From IMG/VR virus record IMGVR_UViG_3300031920_000199: a stretch of 64,000 nucleotides of DNA; one strand, 5' to 3'. The notes beneath the pieces were generated by a model, which saw only the letters and a program-made list of their open reading frames with translations, searched no databases and was not told the DNA's origin. Shown piece after piece: positions 19,492 to 29,540 of the stretch. The position numbers were made by a program, and so were the translations under genes. Numbering within the stretch: the stretch's first letter is position 1; each line of letters opens with the position of its first letter. Source of the DNA: a virus.

Positions 19492-21419
19492 TCAGACAAA
19501 TAAGCGCAAGGAAGTTTAAAGTTGATTCATTCGATCAGAAACTTACTGGAAGAGATATCTTCGTTGGTGGTAATGGTGTCGGGAAGTCTGCGAGGCTACA
19601 GGCAATCATGATAGCACTTGTTGGATATATCCCAAATGTAGGCAAACTTCCAAATGCAACCATGGGGTATGCACTGGACAGAAAGATGGAACTCGAGCTG
19701 AAATCAGATAGCATAACAATTAATAGGATATTCAGGAAGAAGACATCTAGGAATGGTAAAGTCTCATTCGATAGCACAACTGAGATTCTTCCTTTATCTG
19801 AAGAAGATTCCATTGAGAGGATCGAAGCTCACTTCGGACTTGGATCTGATATGATTGATATCTCAGAGTTTATAAAGATGACATCATCACAAAGGAAAAA
19901 CTTTGTCACGACTCTGTGCTCAAAGCATATAAAGGAATCAAACGTCAAGGTGATGTTATCATCTGTTTGTAATACAGATCTGTGGAATGATGACATGTCT
20001 GATATCGATAATCTGAATGCGATTGAGACATATTATAAGAATGATCTATCTGTCAAAAAGAAGGAGCTTAAAGCTACAGAATCTCACAGGAATCAGCTGA
20101 GGGCGAAGCTGGAAGCAAATACATCACGATCAACAGATGATATCGAGAAGGAGATGAAAGAGGTTGAGGATAAGATAGAGAGCCTCACGAAGGATAGCGC
20201 ATCTATTGACTCTAAAGCTGAGGCTGCTAAAGCACTGCAGTCACAGATTAAGCAGCTCGATTACGATATCAATGTGGCAAATACGGCTCTCAAAGAATAT
20301 CCAGATTCAGAAGCATCCATCCTAAAGATAAAGCTTCAGATGTATAAGGATAGAGAAAACGCTGAAGCCGAGATTAAGAAGAGATCGAATCTTATTGACA
20401 ATATTCAGAATAAGATTCAGGCAGAGAGAGAGAGATACATTCAACTCAAGGCTGAGTATGATCTTATTGTTGACCTCAGAAAGAGGTTCAGTGATGCAAA
20501 TTGCCCTTTTGTAAAAAAGATATGCCCAGAGTCTGACGCTCTTACAAAGTATATCACCGAGAGTGAGTCTCATATGGACGACCTCTCGAAAAAGATAAAA
20601 GCATGTGAGGCAGCTGGAAAGAAATCGAATAGTGATATGCAGGCTGCTGAGAAGATGATAGAGAGCCTGAAGGTAGATCTATCAGATAAAGACACGGTAA
20701 TAAAGAGCGCTGAAGATAAGATCGCATGGCACAAGAATACAAAGCCTGGGATTGAAGCAGAACTAAAGAAGAAGATGGATGATCATAAGTCTATCCAAAC
20801 TCTAGTCGCTGATATGAATATCGTCGCAAAGGATGATTTCACATCGGCTATCGCCGCTCTTAAATCCAGAAGGGTTAATCTCCAGGGAGAACTAAAAAAG
20901 GTCGGAGAAGCCAAGAACTTCATGGTTGAATCCGAGAGGGTTAACATGAAGATAGACACAATTGAGGAGGCGATCGAAAAAGCAAACGAGATCATTGCGT
21001 TTGTTGTTACAGATCTTAAGGCTGGAATTGTTAAGAAGATACACAAGCCACTCGTCGATGAATTAAATAAAGTCCTCAAGTGTGTGAACGAGGAAGCTGT
21101 TATAATGATTGAACGCGACAACAAGGACGTCTTTGATATCTGCCTAAAGAAATCAGGTGGCGTTGCGAAGTTTGAAGTTCTGAATACTGGTCATCAGGTC
21201 ATACTTGCAACAGCATTCATCATTGCATTGCAGAAGCTAAGTGAAGCAAAATGCAAGGTGATCCTGATCGAAGCAACAGATCTGAATGATAAGTATTTTG
21301 GAATGTTATTAAGCGCTCTTGATGAAATGGGCAAGGGTATTGATAACGTGGCTATTGCAAGATTAGATTATATCCCAACGCAAGATAATCTATGGGAAAT
21401 ACATGAACTTAATGATTGA
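19488..21419 (+). CDS. SMC/Rad50(SbcC)-like ATPase
   Basis: Walker A GGNGVGKS, long coiled coil with central CPFVKKIC hook-like motif, C-terminal ABC-like half (LNTGHQ, VILIEA). Confidence 0.82.
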   Translation: MIRQISARKFKVDSFDQKLTGRDIFVGGNGVGKSARLQAIMIALVGYIPNVGKLPNATMGYALDRKMELELKSDSITINRIFRKKTSRNGKVSFDSTTEILPLSEEDSIERIEAHFGLGSDMIDISEFIKMTSSQRKNFVTTLCSKHIKESNVKVMLSSVCNTDLWNDDMSDIDNLNAIETYYKNDLSVKKKELKATESHRNQLRAKLEANTSRSTDDIEKEMKEVEDKIESLTKDSASIDSKAEAAKALQSQIKQLDYDINVANTALKEYPDSEASILKIKLQMYKDRENAEAEIKKRSNLIDNIQNKIQAERERYIQLKAEYDLIVDLRKRFSDANCPFVKKICPESDALTKYITESESHMDDLSKKIKACEAAGKKSNSDMQAAEKMIESLKVDLSDKDTVIKSAEDKIAWHKNTKPGIEAELKKKMDDHKSIQTLVADMNIVAKDDFTSAIAALKSRRVNLQGELKKVGEAKNFMVESERVNMKIDTIEEAIEKANEIIAFVVTDLKAGIVKKIHKPLVDELNKVLKCVNEEAVIMIERDNKDVFDICLKKSGGVAKFEVLNTGHQVILATAFIIALQKLSEAKCKVILIEATDLNDKYFGMLLSALDEMGKGIDNVAIARLDYIPTQDNLWEIHELND

Positions 21420-21443
21420 CAAATGATGTAAATAACTTACAAT
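21416..21443 (+). promoter_or_regulatory. Promoter TTGACA-N16-TACAAT
   Basis: Read directly; upstream of the helicase cluster. Confidence 0.7.
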
Positions 21444-21511
21444 TAATTAGAAGCTAGGCGGGCTTGAATTGTTCAAGTTCGTCGTGCTTCTCTTACCAGA
21501 AAGGGAATCAG

Positions 21512-21697
21512 ATGGACAATGTTTTAACAACCAGAGAAGCAGAAGTAGTCAAAAAGGTAAAGAAGCAGTTTAGGATGGATCAGTACGAGTTTACAAAGGA
21601 TGATAAATGCGATGGCATTGGCCTGCAGATAGGCGGAGATCACATCGTCCTCGACCAGGACTCAAGAAATCGCATTGTCAAATTCAGGTTAAACTAG
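21512..21697 (+). CDS. Small hypothetical protein
   Basis: ATG 21512 after AAGGGA; 61 aa. Confidence 0.55.
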   Translation: MDNVLTTREAEVVKKVKKQFRMDQYEFTKDDKCDGIGLQIGGDHIVLDQDSRNRIVKFRLN

Positions 21698-21708
21698 GAG
21701 GAACATCG

Positions 21709-24462
21709 GTGCTTAATCCAGAACAGAAGAAGGCTGCTCACAGCCTTAATCCAGCCATCGTCACAGCAGGTCCTGGCAGTGGTAAAACAAAGACCCTCAT
21801 TGAGAGGGTCGCTTTTTTACTTGACAATAAAGTATCACCACAAGAGATTCTCTGCTTTACCTTCACAAGGGGGGCCGCAAAGGAAATGAAGGAGCGGCTA
21901 GAGGAGAGATTCAGCATAGATGGCCTAACAGTAACAACAATCCACTCATTCTGCCTAAGCCTAATTAGAGAAGGGTATGATCTACTTGGGTTTAAAGAGC
22001 ACATCCTGACATACGACGATACAGATAGTAAAGATCTAAAGACAATAATCGCCAAGGAAAATAAGTGGGAATATAATGCTCGAAACGAAGAGAAGTCAAA
22101 AGACATCGAGAAGATCAGTAAGGAATATCTATGCCGTCTTCGCGAATATAATGCTGTGAACTTTGACCAGATGCAGGAGTTCGCTATCAATCTATTCAGA
22201 AAAGGGCATATGAGGCATATCCAGAGCCAGTTCAGATATATCATTGTTGATGAGATGCAAGATACGTCTGACGTAGACTTCGAGCTCATAAAGCACATAG
22301 CCAAGAAACATAGGAATGTATTCGGAGTAGGCGATATAGATCAGTGTGTTGTAAAGGGAACGCTCGTAGATCTTCCAGATGGCAACAAAAAACCTATCGA
22401 GCTTATAAATGAAGGAGATGAGATTCTCTCCTGCTTCGGATCTGGTAAGTTTCGAAAATCGACCGTCTCTTATCACAAGAAGTCAAAATCAAACAATATA
22501 GTTCGCATAGAACTCGATAATGGATATGTCTTAGAATCAACACCAGACCACACTCATTTCGCTGGATACGTTACGGGACACACGCCAGAAATGCATGTCG
22601 TATACCTAATGTATAAAAACGGACTTGGGTTTAGGACTGGTGTGTCTGGAACATACGCAAAATCTCAATACAAACCGAGATTGGGCATATCCGTGAGATG
22701 CAATCATGAGAAGGCAGATGCCCTTTGGGTGATTTCATCGCACAATAATGATCTCGATGCGAGATACGAAGAAGCTCGTATTGCGGCAAAGTATGGACTC
22801 ATAAAGCTTCCGTTTGTTGCCAGAAAATCGAAAACACAGGCGAACGGAAACCTGTCTGGAAGCCAGGAGCACCTAGACAGACTGTTCGGCGAGTTTGGCA
22901 GCAATGGGTACAAACTACTTTTCGATAATAAATTGAGATTTGATGAACCACATATAATACCATCTGGATACACAGCATCTGACCACAAACGAAGAGTACT
23001 TAATATTATTCTTTGTGGTGACTGTAGAGGTAAGTATCCAACGCATAGAATCTCATTCAATTTCTTTGACGCAGATACAAAAGAGGCACTCGAGTCTCTT
23101 GGTCTGAACATTAGATCAGCAGGAAAAGGCAGGAAAAGTATGAGATTCGAGACGTCTAATTCCAGCATGAAGGAAATACATAGGATAGCAAATCTAATTG
23201 CGTCAAGGATTGATGTTGTTGTAAAGCAGTCAATCAGACTTGCGTCATACGACGGAGACAGAAATTCTCTCCCAATGACATATGCATCATCCGTAAGAGA
23301 TGGAATGGTTATGGCTTGCAGAGATGGAAAGTTCCACGTTGTCAAGTCTGTTGAGCACATCAATGGTGATTTCGAGGTATATGACATCAATGTAAATAAA
23401 TCACATAACTTCATCGCAAATGGAATTATTACCCATAATTGCATCTTTGAGTGGAGAGGTGCAAACCCTGGACTCATTAAACTACTCGAGAAATATAATA
23501 AGGATGGGTACAATGTAGAACTCACGAAGAGCTACAGATGCCCACAGAAGGTTCTTGACCTATGCAATACTCTGTCAATGACAAAACTTGTATCCTGTGT
23601 TGGTGATGGCGATGATCCAGTCTTCAATGAATTTGACTGCATCGAAGAGGAGGCTGAGTCAATCATGGATATATGCAACGCAGAGAAACCGAAGAGTGTC
23701 GGAATTTTATGCCGCACAAACAAGATACTCTCTTTCATCTCCAGCTACTTTGTAGAGAGAGGATTTGTACACCATGTCGTTGGTGACAAGATCAAGATGA
23801 TAGATGATCCTGCAGTTCGCTTATTTAATGCGTTCATAAAGGTATGGCATAACCACAAGGATTACTTGCATTTCTTCAATGTTATGCCTATACTATATAA
23901 TAACATACCGACGAGACAGATACGCAGAGTAAGATCAAAGTCGGTTATTGAAAACAAGACATTGCTTGAGGTAGCCAGGGATGACTTCGACATGTCTATA
24001 TTCGACTACGGTAGCAACGACTTCGTTGATCTGGTTTCTGATCGCCTACACAAGTGGTACACGGAAAGATCAATGCTCACAAAGGCAGCAACAATTAGAG
24101 CATACCAGAACTTTATAAATGAATGGTTTACTAATAATCCAGGGGCAGATCTCGAAGACTTCGTATTCTATCTGAGCGATCTTAATGTTACTGAAGACAG
24201 CCACCAGGAGGTTGAAGAGAACCCGATAAATATGCTGACTATTCATGCATCAAAGGGTTTGGAGTTTGACTACGTCTTCATTCCGCAGATGAATAAGAGA
24301 GCATTCCGATCAAATGATAGGAACGTAGTATTTGTTGCTATGTCACGAACGAAGAAGAAACTCCATATGTCATACTCAAAGTTTGTCTCATATGGAGAGG
24401 TCATGAAAGAGATAACCCCAAGTATCTTCTTGGAAGATATGAATTTGTTAAACAGGAGATAA
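21709..24462 (+). CDS. uvrD: UvrD/PcrA-like SF1 helicase containing an intein
   Basis: AGPGSGKT, CFTFTRGAAKEM, TTIHSF, IVDEMQD, VGDIDQ|..|CIFEWRGA, KSYRC, LTIHASKGLEF; start revised to GTG 21709 after AGGAGG. Confidence 0.92.
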   Translation: MLNPEQKKAAHSLNPAIVTAGPGSGKTKTLIERVAFLLDNKVSPQEILCFTFTRGAAKEMKERLEERFSIDGLTVTTIHSFCLSLIREGYDLLGFKEHILTYDDTDSKDLKTIIAKENKWEYNARNEEKSKDIEKISKEYLCRLREYNAVNFDQMQEFAINLFRKGHMRHIQSQFRYIIVDEMQDTSDVDFELIKHIAKKHRNVFGVGDIDQCVVKGTLVDLPDGNKKPIELINEGDEILSCFGSGKFRKSTVSYHKKSKSNNIVRIELDNGYVLESTPDHTHFAGYVTGHTPEMHVVYLMYKNGLGFRTGVSGTYAKSQYKPRLGISVRCNHEKADALWVISSHNNDLDARYEEARIAAKYGLIKLPFVARKSKTQANGNLSGSQEHLDRLFGEFGSNGYKLLFDNKLRFDEPHIIPSGYTASDHKRRVLNIILCGDCRGKYPTHRISFNFFDADTKEALESLGLNIRSAGKGRKSMRFETSNSSMKEIHRIANLIASRIDVVVKQSIRLASYDGDRNSLPMTYASSVRDGMVMACRDGKFHVVKSVEHINGDFEVYDINVNKSHNFIANGIITHNCIFEWRGANPGLIKLLEKYNKDGYNVELTKSYRCPQKVLDLCNTLSMTKLVSCVGDGDDPVFNEFDCIEEEAESIMDICNAEKPKSVGILCRTNKILSFISSYFVERGFVHHVVGDKIKMIDDPAVRLFNAFIKVWHNHKDYLHFFNVMPILYNNIPTRQIRRVRSKSVIENKTLLEVARDDFDMSIFDYGSNDFVDLVSDRLHKWYTERSMLTKAATIRAYQNFINEWFTNNPGADLEDFVFYLSDLNVTEDSHQEVEENPINMLTIHASKGLEFDYVFIPQMNKRAFRSNDRNVVFVAMSRTKKKLHMSYSKFVSYGEVMKEITPSIFLEDMNLLNRR
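22345..23439 (+). mobile_element. Intein (365 aa) in helicase motif III
   Basis: Starts CVVKGTLVDLPDG, ends HNFIANGIITHN followed by Cys; removal restores DQ-CIFEWRGA. Confidence 0.92.
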
Positions 24463-24464
24463 GA

Positions 24465-24797
24465 ATGATAAAGGACGTGCCAGCGAACATCAGCAACAAA
24501 CTCGCAATAAGGGATATCGGTCTTAGCGGAGATAACCTAAGGGTTGTCTTCGATCTGTACTCGATGAAAGGCATGCAACTGAACGATGAGTCTATCGTCA
24601 GAATGATACCACTCTCTCAGCTGTCAGAATTTAAGCAAGCGGATGCGGCGAAACTCTACAAAAATGACAAGTCTATTGCAAAGGTTAAGTACGAAGATAA
24701 CGATCACCTTGTTAGAAGCACAGATCCATTCTTTATCATTGCAAAAGAATTTGTTGATATCGCAACAAAGACAGCATCGGAGTTCTTGAATAAATGA
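24465..24797 (+). CDS. Hypothetical protein
   Basis: 110 aa, operon continuity. Confidence 0.65.
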   Translation: MIKDVPANISNKLAIRDIGLSGDNLRVVFDLYSMKGMQLNDESIVRMIPLSQLSEFKQADAAKLYKNDKSIAKVKYEDNDHLVRSTDPFFIIAKEFVDIATKTASEFLNK

Positions 24798-25183
24798 TGA
24801 TTAAATTCACGATACCTAACACACTGCCAGACCTGAATCAGATAATAGATATTGCCAAGAAGAAGGCTGGTAAGTATGCTGCGTATCGTGAACTAAAGAA
24901 GAGCTGCGACATAATAGTGATGGCGGCCTGCCCAAACACAGACTACCTAATCACATACATAGACCATATCGATATAATGTGGATATGCCCAGACGCAAGG
25001 AAAGACAAGGACAACGTAAGGGCAGGAATCAAGTTCATACAAGACGGTATGCAGGGAAAAATACTATCCAAAGACGGGTATAATAATATTGGAACATATA
25101 GTGACGATTTTAAGATCGATCGAATGAACCCGAGGATCGTCGTCACACTACTCTTCAGGCCTGAAAATACGGAGAAAAGATAA
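24794..25183 (+). CDS. rusA: RusA-like Holliday junction resolvase
   Basis: LPDLNQII..., RKDKDNVRAGIKFIQDGM, DGYNNI pattern. Confidence 0.72.
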   Translation: MMIKFTIPNTLPDLNQIIDIAKKKAGKYAAYRELKKSCDIIVMAACPNTDYLITYIDHIDIMWICPDARKDKDNVRAGIKFIQDGMQGKILSKDGYNNIGTYSDDFKIDRMNPRIVVTLLFRPENTEKR

Positions 25184-25356
25184 TGGAAGAGATGAGCAAG
25201 TACGGTGTTGAATGCAAGTGCAATCATGAGGAAATGGTTAAAGACATGGAAAAGAAGTCTTCGCTTCTGAATGATGCAAAATCTATATCCACAAAATGCC
25301 TAAGTTGTGGCAAAACCGTTAAGGCTGAAAAGCCAAAGGAGAATGAGACTGAATGA
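25183..25356 (+). CDS. Small Cys-rich protein (57 aa)
   Basis: Hand-found; CKC and CLSC motifs; TAATG and ATGA overlaps with neighbours. Confidence 0.55.
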   Translation: MEEMSKYGVECKCNHEEMVKDMEKKSSLLNDAKSISTKCLSCGKTVKAEKPKENETE

Positions 25357-26318
25357 TTTTTGAGTTCTTAAAGGATGTCGAACCACCAGTAAAGCTAGGA
25401 ACCGACATCGACGTGATTAAGAATAAGCTCTTTGAATTAGAGAAGAGCGTATATAATGAAAGTGAGCAGATGGTAGACCTGAAGTTGCAAGAGGACTGCG
25501 TTATGCTCACAAAGACATCTGATAAGCCACACAAAATATTGAAACCCGCCTTCGACCAATTGCTGAACAGGGCAAAGATACCACTGTCATACGCATATGA
25601 TATACCGTTCGACATGCTGCTGTACAATCTCGAGAGACGTTGCAAGCAGAAGAACAGAATGTTGCTTGTTCGAACTCGCGCATGCGTGGACGAGCCAAAT
25701 GACATCATAAGAGCAATCCTTACTGAGAGATACAATATATTACAGAACTCCCAGTGCTTCCATGAGTTCAAGGAAGTAATCTGCTGGGCATCAATGTCAA
25801 TAAGTGAGTCATGTATAAATGAGAAGTTCTTCAGAGTTATAGCGAGCGGATCAAGCAAGATAGATGATGAGGTAGCAACTGGTCTTGAGATGATGAATGG
25901 AGAGACAGGATGGTGCAGTCTCGAACTAAACACCATTCTTAAGACAGAAAAGACATACATGATCGTTGCAGATACAAAGAACACAACCAGATTCAACCTC
26001 AAGATGGTGCACCTCCAGAAGGACATCAAAGATAAAATGCAGGATCACGCAAAGAACATCATCAACAACCTAGAGATATTCAAGACTTATGTCGCGAACT
26101 CTCGTAAGTCGGATATGCTGATGAGGGATGTTATGAAGGTACGTGACCGCATGGATGTCGTAGTTGGTCGCCAGGAGACAAGGGATCTTGTTGAGCAGCT
26201 GAAGGACAAGAACAAGTTCGATGCTGCAAAGATGCTTGCAGAATACGCTGATGATTTGAAGGACATAGAGAAACAGAGAATGACAAAAATATGTGCTGGT
26301 TCTCTGATTGTGTCTTGA
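25353..26318 (+). CDS. DUF932-like phage protein
   Basis: AFDQLLNRAKIP, LLVRTR, RAILTERYNILQN resemble that family (recalled). Confidence 0.5.
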   Translation: MIFEFLKDVEPPVKLGTDIDVIKNKLFELEKSVYNESEQMVDLKLQEDCVMLTKTSDKPHKILKPAFDQLLNRAKIPLSYAYDIPFDMLLYNLERRCKQKNRMLLVRTRACVDEPNDIIRAILTERYNILQNSQCFHEFKEVICWASMSISESCINEKFFRVIASGSSKIDDEVATGLEMMNGETGWCSLELNTILKTEKTYMIVADTKNTTRFNLKMVHLQKDIKDKMQDHAKNIINNLEIFKTYVANSRKSDMLMRDVMKVRDRMDVVVGRQETRDLVEQLKDKNKFDAAKMLAEYADDLKDIEKQRMTKICAGSLIVS

Positions 26319-26342
26319 CAAATATCAATACTTCCATATAAT
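26315..26342 (+). promoter_or_regulatory. Promoter TTGACA-N16-TATAAT
   Basis: Perfect hexamers, 16-bp spacer. Confidence 0.8.
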
Positions 26343-26343
26343 T

Positions 26344-26385
26344 GTAAGTGAGGGTGGAAATAGTTCTTCCCTCACTTGCTTTTTT
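26344..26385 (+). terminator. Intrinsic terminator overlapping the promoter start site
   Basis: GTAAGTGAGGG...CCCTCACTTGC-TTTTTT. Confidence 0.75.
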
Positions 26386-26399
26386 ACTATGGAGCTATA

Positions 26400-26780
26400 A
26401 TGACTAGTGGAACTACGTTTTACCTTGGCAATGGTTATAAAGCCATCATCGCACTTGTACCAGAAGATATAAAGATGAAGCTTAATCTTATGTCGAATGA
26501 TATATCATGCAGTAAGCAGGAAATGTATAGGGATATCTTCCAGGACTTCATCGACAATCAGGACAAGTATAACATATTGTACCCAGTCGGCGACAAGCAG
26601 ATAACGGTGTATCTTCCAAAAAAGATGCACAAGAAGTTAAAGGGAATCTCAATCATCAAGAAGGACATATACTTGAAGGCACTCGTGTCTTCTGTTATCA
26701 TATCTTATTTCAAAGATCGGAGTCTGATTGAAAAAGGCAGAAAAAGCATTCTCGGAAGAAACCAAGAAACTGCTACTTAG
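26400..26780 (+). CDS. Hypothetical protein (possibly duplicated RHH-like)
   Basis: Start revised to ATG 26400 after GGAG. Confidence 0.55.
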   Translation: MTSGTTFYLGNGYKAIIALVPEDIKMKLNLMSNDISCSKQEMYRDIFQDFIDNQDKYNILYPVGDKQITVYLPKKMHKKLKGISIIKKDIYLKALVSSVIISYFKDRSLIEKGRKSILGRNQETAT

Positions 26781-27096
26781 AGTAGCTAGATACAGATGCC
26801 AGAATCCTGATTGCCACGCCAGAAACAACCTCACCTTTCATCACATGCAGAAGAGAAGCTCTCAAGGAAAAGACCTAAGTTGTATTAGGAATGGGTGTGT
26901 CCTATGCCAGGAGTGTCACATGAGAGCAGAGAATCCATCGAGCGATTCAGAGCGATGGAAGTTCTCTGCCGTCAATACGTTGAGATGGCAATCAATCGGT
27001 GAGAAGGAGCGCGACCATCTAATATGGGAGAATGAATCTGGCATAAAAGACTGGAGTATGTTTTACATCAATGACGGAGAAAACAATGACATCTGA
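26728..27096 (+). CDS. HNH endonuclease
   Basis: CQNPDC..LTFHHM..NGCVLCQECH. Confidence 0.85.
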   Translation: MKKAEKAFSEETKKLLLRVARYRCQNPDCHARNNLTFHHMQKRSSQGKDLSCIRNGCVLCQECHMRAENPSSDSERWKFSAVNTLRWQSIGEKERDHLIWENESGIKDWSMFYINDGENNDI

Positions 27097-27382
27097 TTAT
27101 ATTGTTGACGTAATTTATCTATGCATCAAGGGAGATTCGAGCTATACACTTTACAGAAACGATGTTTTGCTGGTAACAAAATTAAATATTGAGAGTATCG
27201 CAGAAGCGCTTACCTGGGATATAATTCCGAAATCATCATCAAAAAATATGGCGGATGAGATCTGTGAGGATATCATGAAAAAGCTGTTAACACTATCCGA
27301 CAAGGCCTGGGTAATGACACATTACTATATTAAAAAATACGTCTTGCGGAACACTTCATATAATTACAACTATATCTCGTGA
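27071..27382 (+). CDS. Hypothetical protein
   Basis: 103 aa ORF in operon. Confidence 0.5.
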   Translation: MTEKTMTSDYIVDVIYLCIKGDSSYTLYRNDVLLVTKLNIESIAEALTWDIIPKSSSKNMADEICEDIMKKLLTLSDKAWVMTHYYIKKYVLRNTSYNYNYIS

Positions 27383-27401
27383 GTTATTTATATATTTTCA
27401 C

Positions 27402-27429
27402 TTGACAGTCACTTGTCCAGTAGTATAAT
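27402..27429 (+). promoter_or_regulatory. Promoter TTGACA-N16-TATAAT
   Basis: Perfect hexamers, 16-bp spacer. Confidence 0.8.
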
Positions 27430-27475
27430 AATTACAATTTTACAATTACAACGTATACTCGCAGGGGAGAAGACG

Positions 27476-27898
27476 GTGCATATATGGCGACTATGTAAAA
27501 AATGTATGACACTAAAAGTAAAGCATATTGAGTTTTATAAGATATCAAAATGCAAAGGTGGATACGACCCACAATGCAAGGATTGCCGAAGAGAGACACG
27601 CAGAGAAAACCCCCGAACGTACAGATCATCAAAACCAAAGATAACAAAAATCGAATCAATATACTCACCAATCATAACAAAGGGATTATCAGATAAAGAG
27701 ATTTCACTGGCATCAAGTAGACGATGCATATCATGTAAAACAGAGATGGATTCCGATGGTGTTAATGCAGGTGCCGTTAGGTGCATGGAATGCATCTCGT
27801 CAAAGAAGACTCGGCCAATAAAGGCCAATGAATTAATTGATGATTTCGCACAGGTCATATATGTTGACCCAAACTATTTTAGAGAGGATTATATTTGA
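27476..27898 (+). CDS. Zinc-finger protein
   Basis: CKKC..CKDC and CISC..CMEC pairs; GTG start after GGGGAG. Confidence 0.6.
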   Translation: MHIWRLCKKCMTLKVKHIEFYKISKCKGGYDPQCKDCRRETRRENPRTYRSSKPKITKIESIYSPIITKGLSDKEISLASSRRCISCKTEMDSDGVNAGAVRCMECISSKKTRPIKANELIDDFAQVIYVDPNYFREDYI

Positions 27899-28638
27899 AG
27901 ATAGAGCAGATACTACCAGCACCGATTATAACCATAATAGATTACTTCATTGATCACGAAAAACACTCCTCACGATACAACCCAAAATACCTCGCTTGGA
28001 ATATAAAAGTAGACGACTATAATCTAAGTGATAAGCACTATAAAGAATTTAGATTAGATCCAAAGTGGGATAATCGATGGGATGAGTATGAGGAAAGAGG
28101 CTGTGATATATTTTCTCAGATCTGCCAGGGTGGTCTTGGATTCGTTGGTGATAAGAAAACAAGGGACTTCGACTGGACCGTCTATCCTGGGAAAGAATTT
28201 GACTATACTCTATGGCAAAGCGGTCGGTCTGGAGGATGGCTTATACTTACCATGTTTGAAGATAAGGAAATGAAAAACTTCGATATATGCGACGACCTAA
28301 GAGACACATACGATATAGAATGTGACTATACGTTATCAAATCTTAGCGATGATACGCAAGATGATTATATAGGAACAGGAGAGTCTGCTGGTGTACGTGG
28401 CATAATTGACAGAATACTTGATAAATATGTTACAATGTACAAATTCTGCAAGAGCCTTGATGAATTCAATGCGAGCGAAGAGTATCTATACCAACTCGCA
28501 AGCCATAGGCAAGAAAAAGAATTAGAGTGGAAGGACAGAATAGAAGAGATAAAAAACACCCGTAAAAAGAATAGAATTGATCGGGATAATAGAAAATTTC
28601 TACTGTATTTATTTCCAAAGGAGGAGCTATGTCTTTAA
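27895..28638 (+). CDS. Hypothetical protein (247 aa)
   Basis: Long ORF; contains WQSGRSGGWL. Confidence 0.7.
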   Translation: MKIEQILPAPIITIIDYFIDHEKHSSRYNPKYLAWNIKVDDYNLSDKHYKEFRLDPKWDNRWDEYEERGCDIFSQICQGGLGFVGDKKTRDFDWTVYPGKEFDYTLWQSGRSGGWLILTMFEDKEMKNFDICDDLRDTYDIECDYTLSNLSDDTQDDYIGTGESAGVRGIIDRILDKYVTMYKFCKSLDEFNASEEYLYQLASHRQEKELEWKDRIEEIKNTRKKNRIDRDNRKFLLYLFPKEELCL

Positions 28639-28871
28639 ACAGCTTTGATGATTTGATGAATCATGTTGGTCACAAGATGGAGTGTGTGTCGTATGGATGC
28701 AACGATGATCCAGACAGCATATCCATTGAATGCCTGTCGTGCGGCTCAGTTCTCGCAGACTTTAATAACCCAGCTCGCGAGGAGGTATGCAATAGGTGTG
28801 GGTGTGATCTTGACACAGATGGTTCATGTCCAGAGTGCGCGACAAGCCATTCTGGAAGGATAAATCAATGA
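28629..28871 (+). CDS. Small double zinc-ribbon protein
   Basis: CVSY..CLSC and CNRC..CPEC. Confidence 0.65.
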   Translation: MSLNSFDDLMNHVGHKMECVSYGCNDDPDSISIECLSCGSVLADFNNPAREEVCNRCGCDLDTDGSCPECATSHSGRINQ

Positions 28872-29140
28872 ACATAGAGCCAATAACGCCACTTATGGTA
28901 TGGTGGCTCCCAAACGTTGAGACTTCTAATAACAGACCTGTCTTCATGAGGTATGTGTGGAACATAAGAGAGGCGATGTCTGTATATACAACACTTTCCG
29001 ATTATGATTCTTATCTCGGAAAGTTGATAGATTCAAATGTCGGTTGGCTCAAATCATTCGAAGGCGGAGAGTGGGTAGAGTGGCATGACGAATGTGGTAA
29101 CGATATAGGGGAGGTTACAGATACAGACCCAGAATACTAA
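28868..29140 (+). CDS. Hypothetical protein
   Basis: ATG 28868 overlapping the upstream stop. Confidence 0.6.
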   Translation: MNIEPITPLMVWWLPNVETSNNRPVFMRYVWNIREAMSVYTTLSDYDSYLGKLIDSNVGWLKSFEGGEWVEWHDECGNDIGEVTDTDPEY

Positions 29141-29152
29141 AAAGGAGTCAAA

Positions 29153-29362
29153 GTGAAGGTAATTAAAATAGATGTAGCGCTTGCGCTTGGAAGATATCCA
29201 AGAATGTTTATTGCATCGGATGGAGTTTATATTGGCACTGGTAAAGACGAGAAAAATATTCAGTGGAAGATTCATAAAGAAATGCCGTTTCTAAACCAGA
29301 TGATTAGCTGGAGGACAGTCTGGATAAGGGACGCAAAGGAGAGATCATGTATGAAAAATTAG
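29153..29362 (+). CDS. Hypothetical protein
   Basis: GTG start after AGGAG. Confidence 0.55.
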   Translation: MKVIKIDVALALGRYPRMFIASDGVYIGTGKDEKNIQWKIHKEMPFLNQMISWRTVWIRDAKERSCMKN

Positions 29363-29535
29363 TTCTTGTCGAGTTTAATAATACAGAACCATTTGTGGAG
29401 AAACATATAAGCGAAGAAGAGATAACAATGGATAGGATTGTAAAGAACATTGAGTCCCGCGAAGAAAAGGTATGCTGGGACAGGGATTCAATAACAATAC
29501 TTGAAAATATCGAAACTGTAAATCTTGATGGATGA
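29347..29535 (+). CDS. Hypothetical protein
   Basis: Last gene before the convergent terminator. Confidence 0.55.
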   Translation: MYEKLVLVEFNNTEPFVEKHISEEEITMDRIVKNIESREEKVCWDRDSITILENIETVNLDG

Positions 29536-29540
29536 AAAAT

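Noticed and set aside
21607-21708. N-terminal extension of the helicase ORF
   Set aside because: It overlaps the upstream small gene; AGGAGG supports GTG 21709
21738-23738. Minus-strand ORFs inside the helicase (e.g. 22704..23525, 273 aa)
   Set aside because: Antisense shadows with Ser/Leu-rich composition and no RBS
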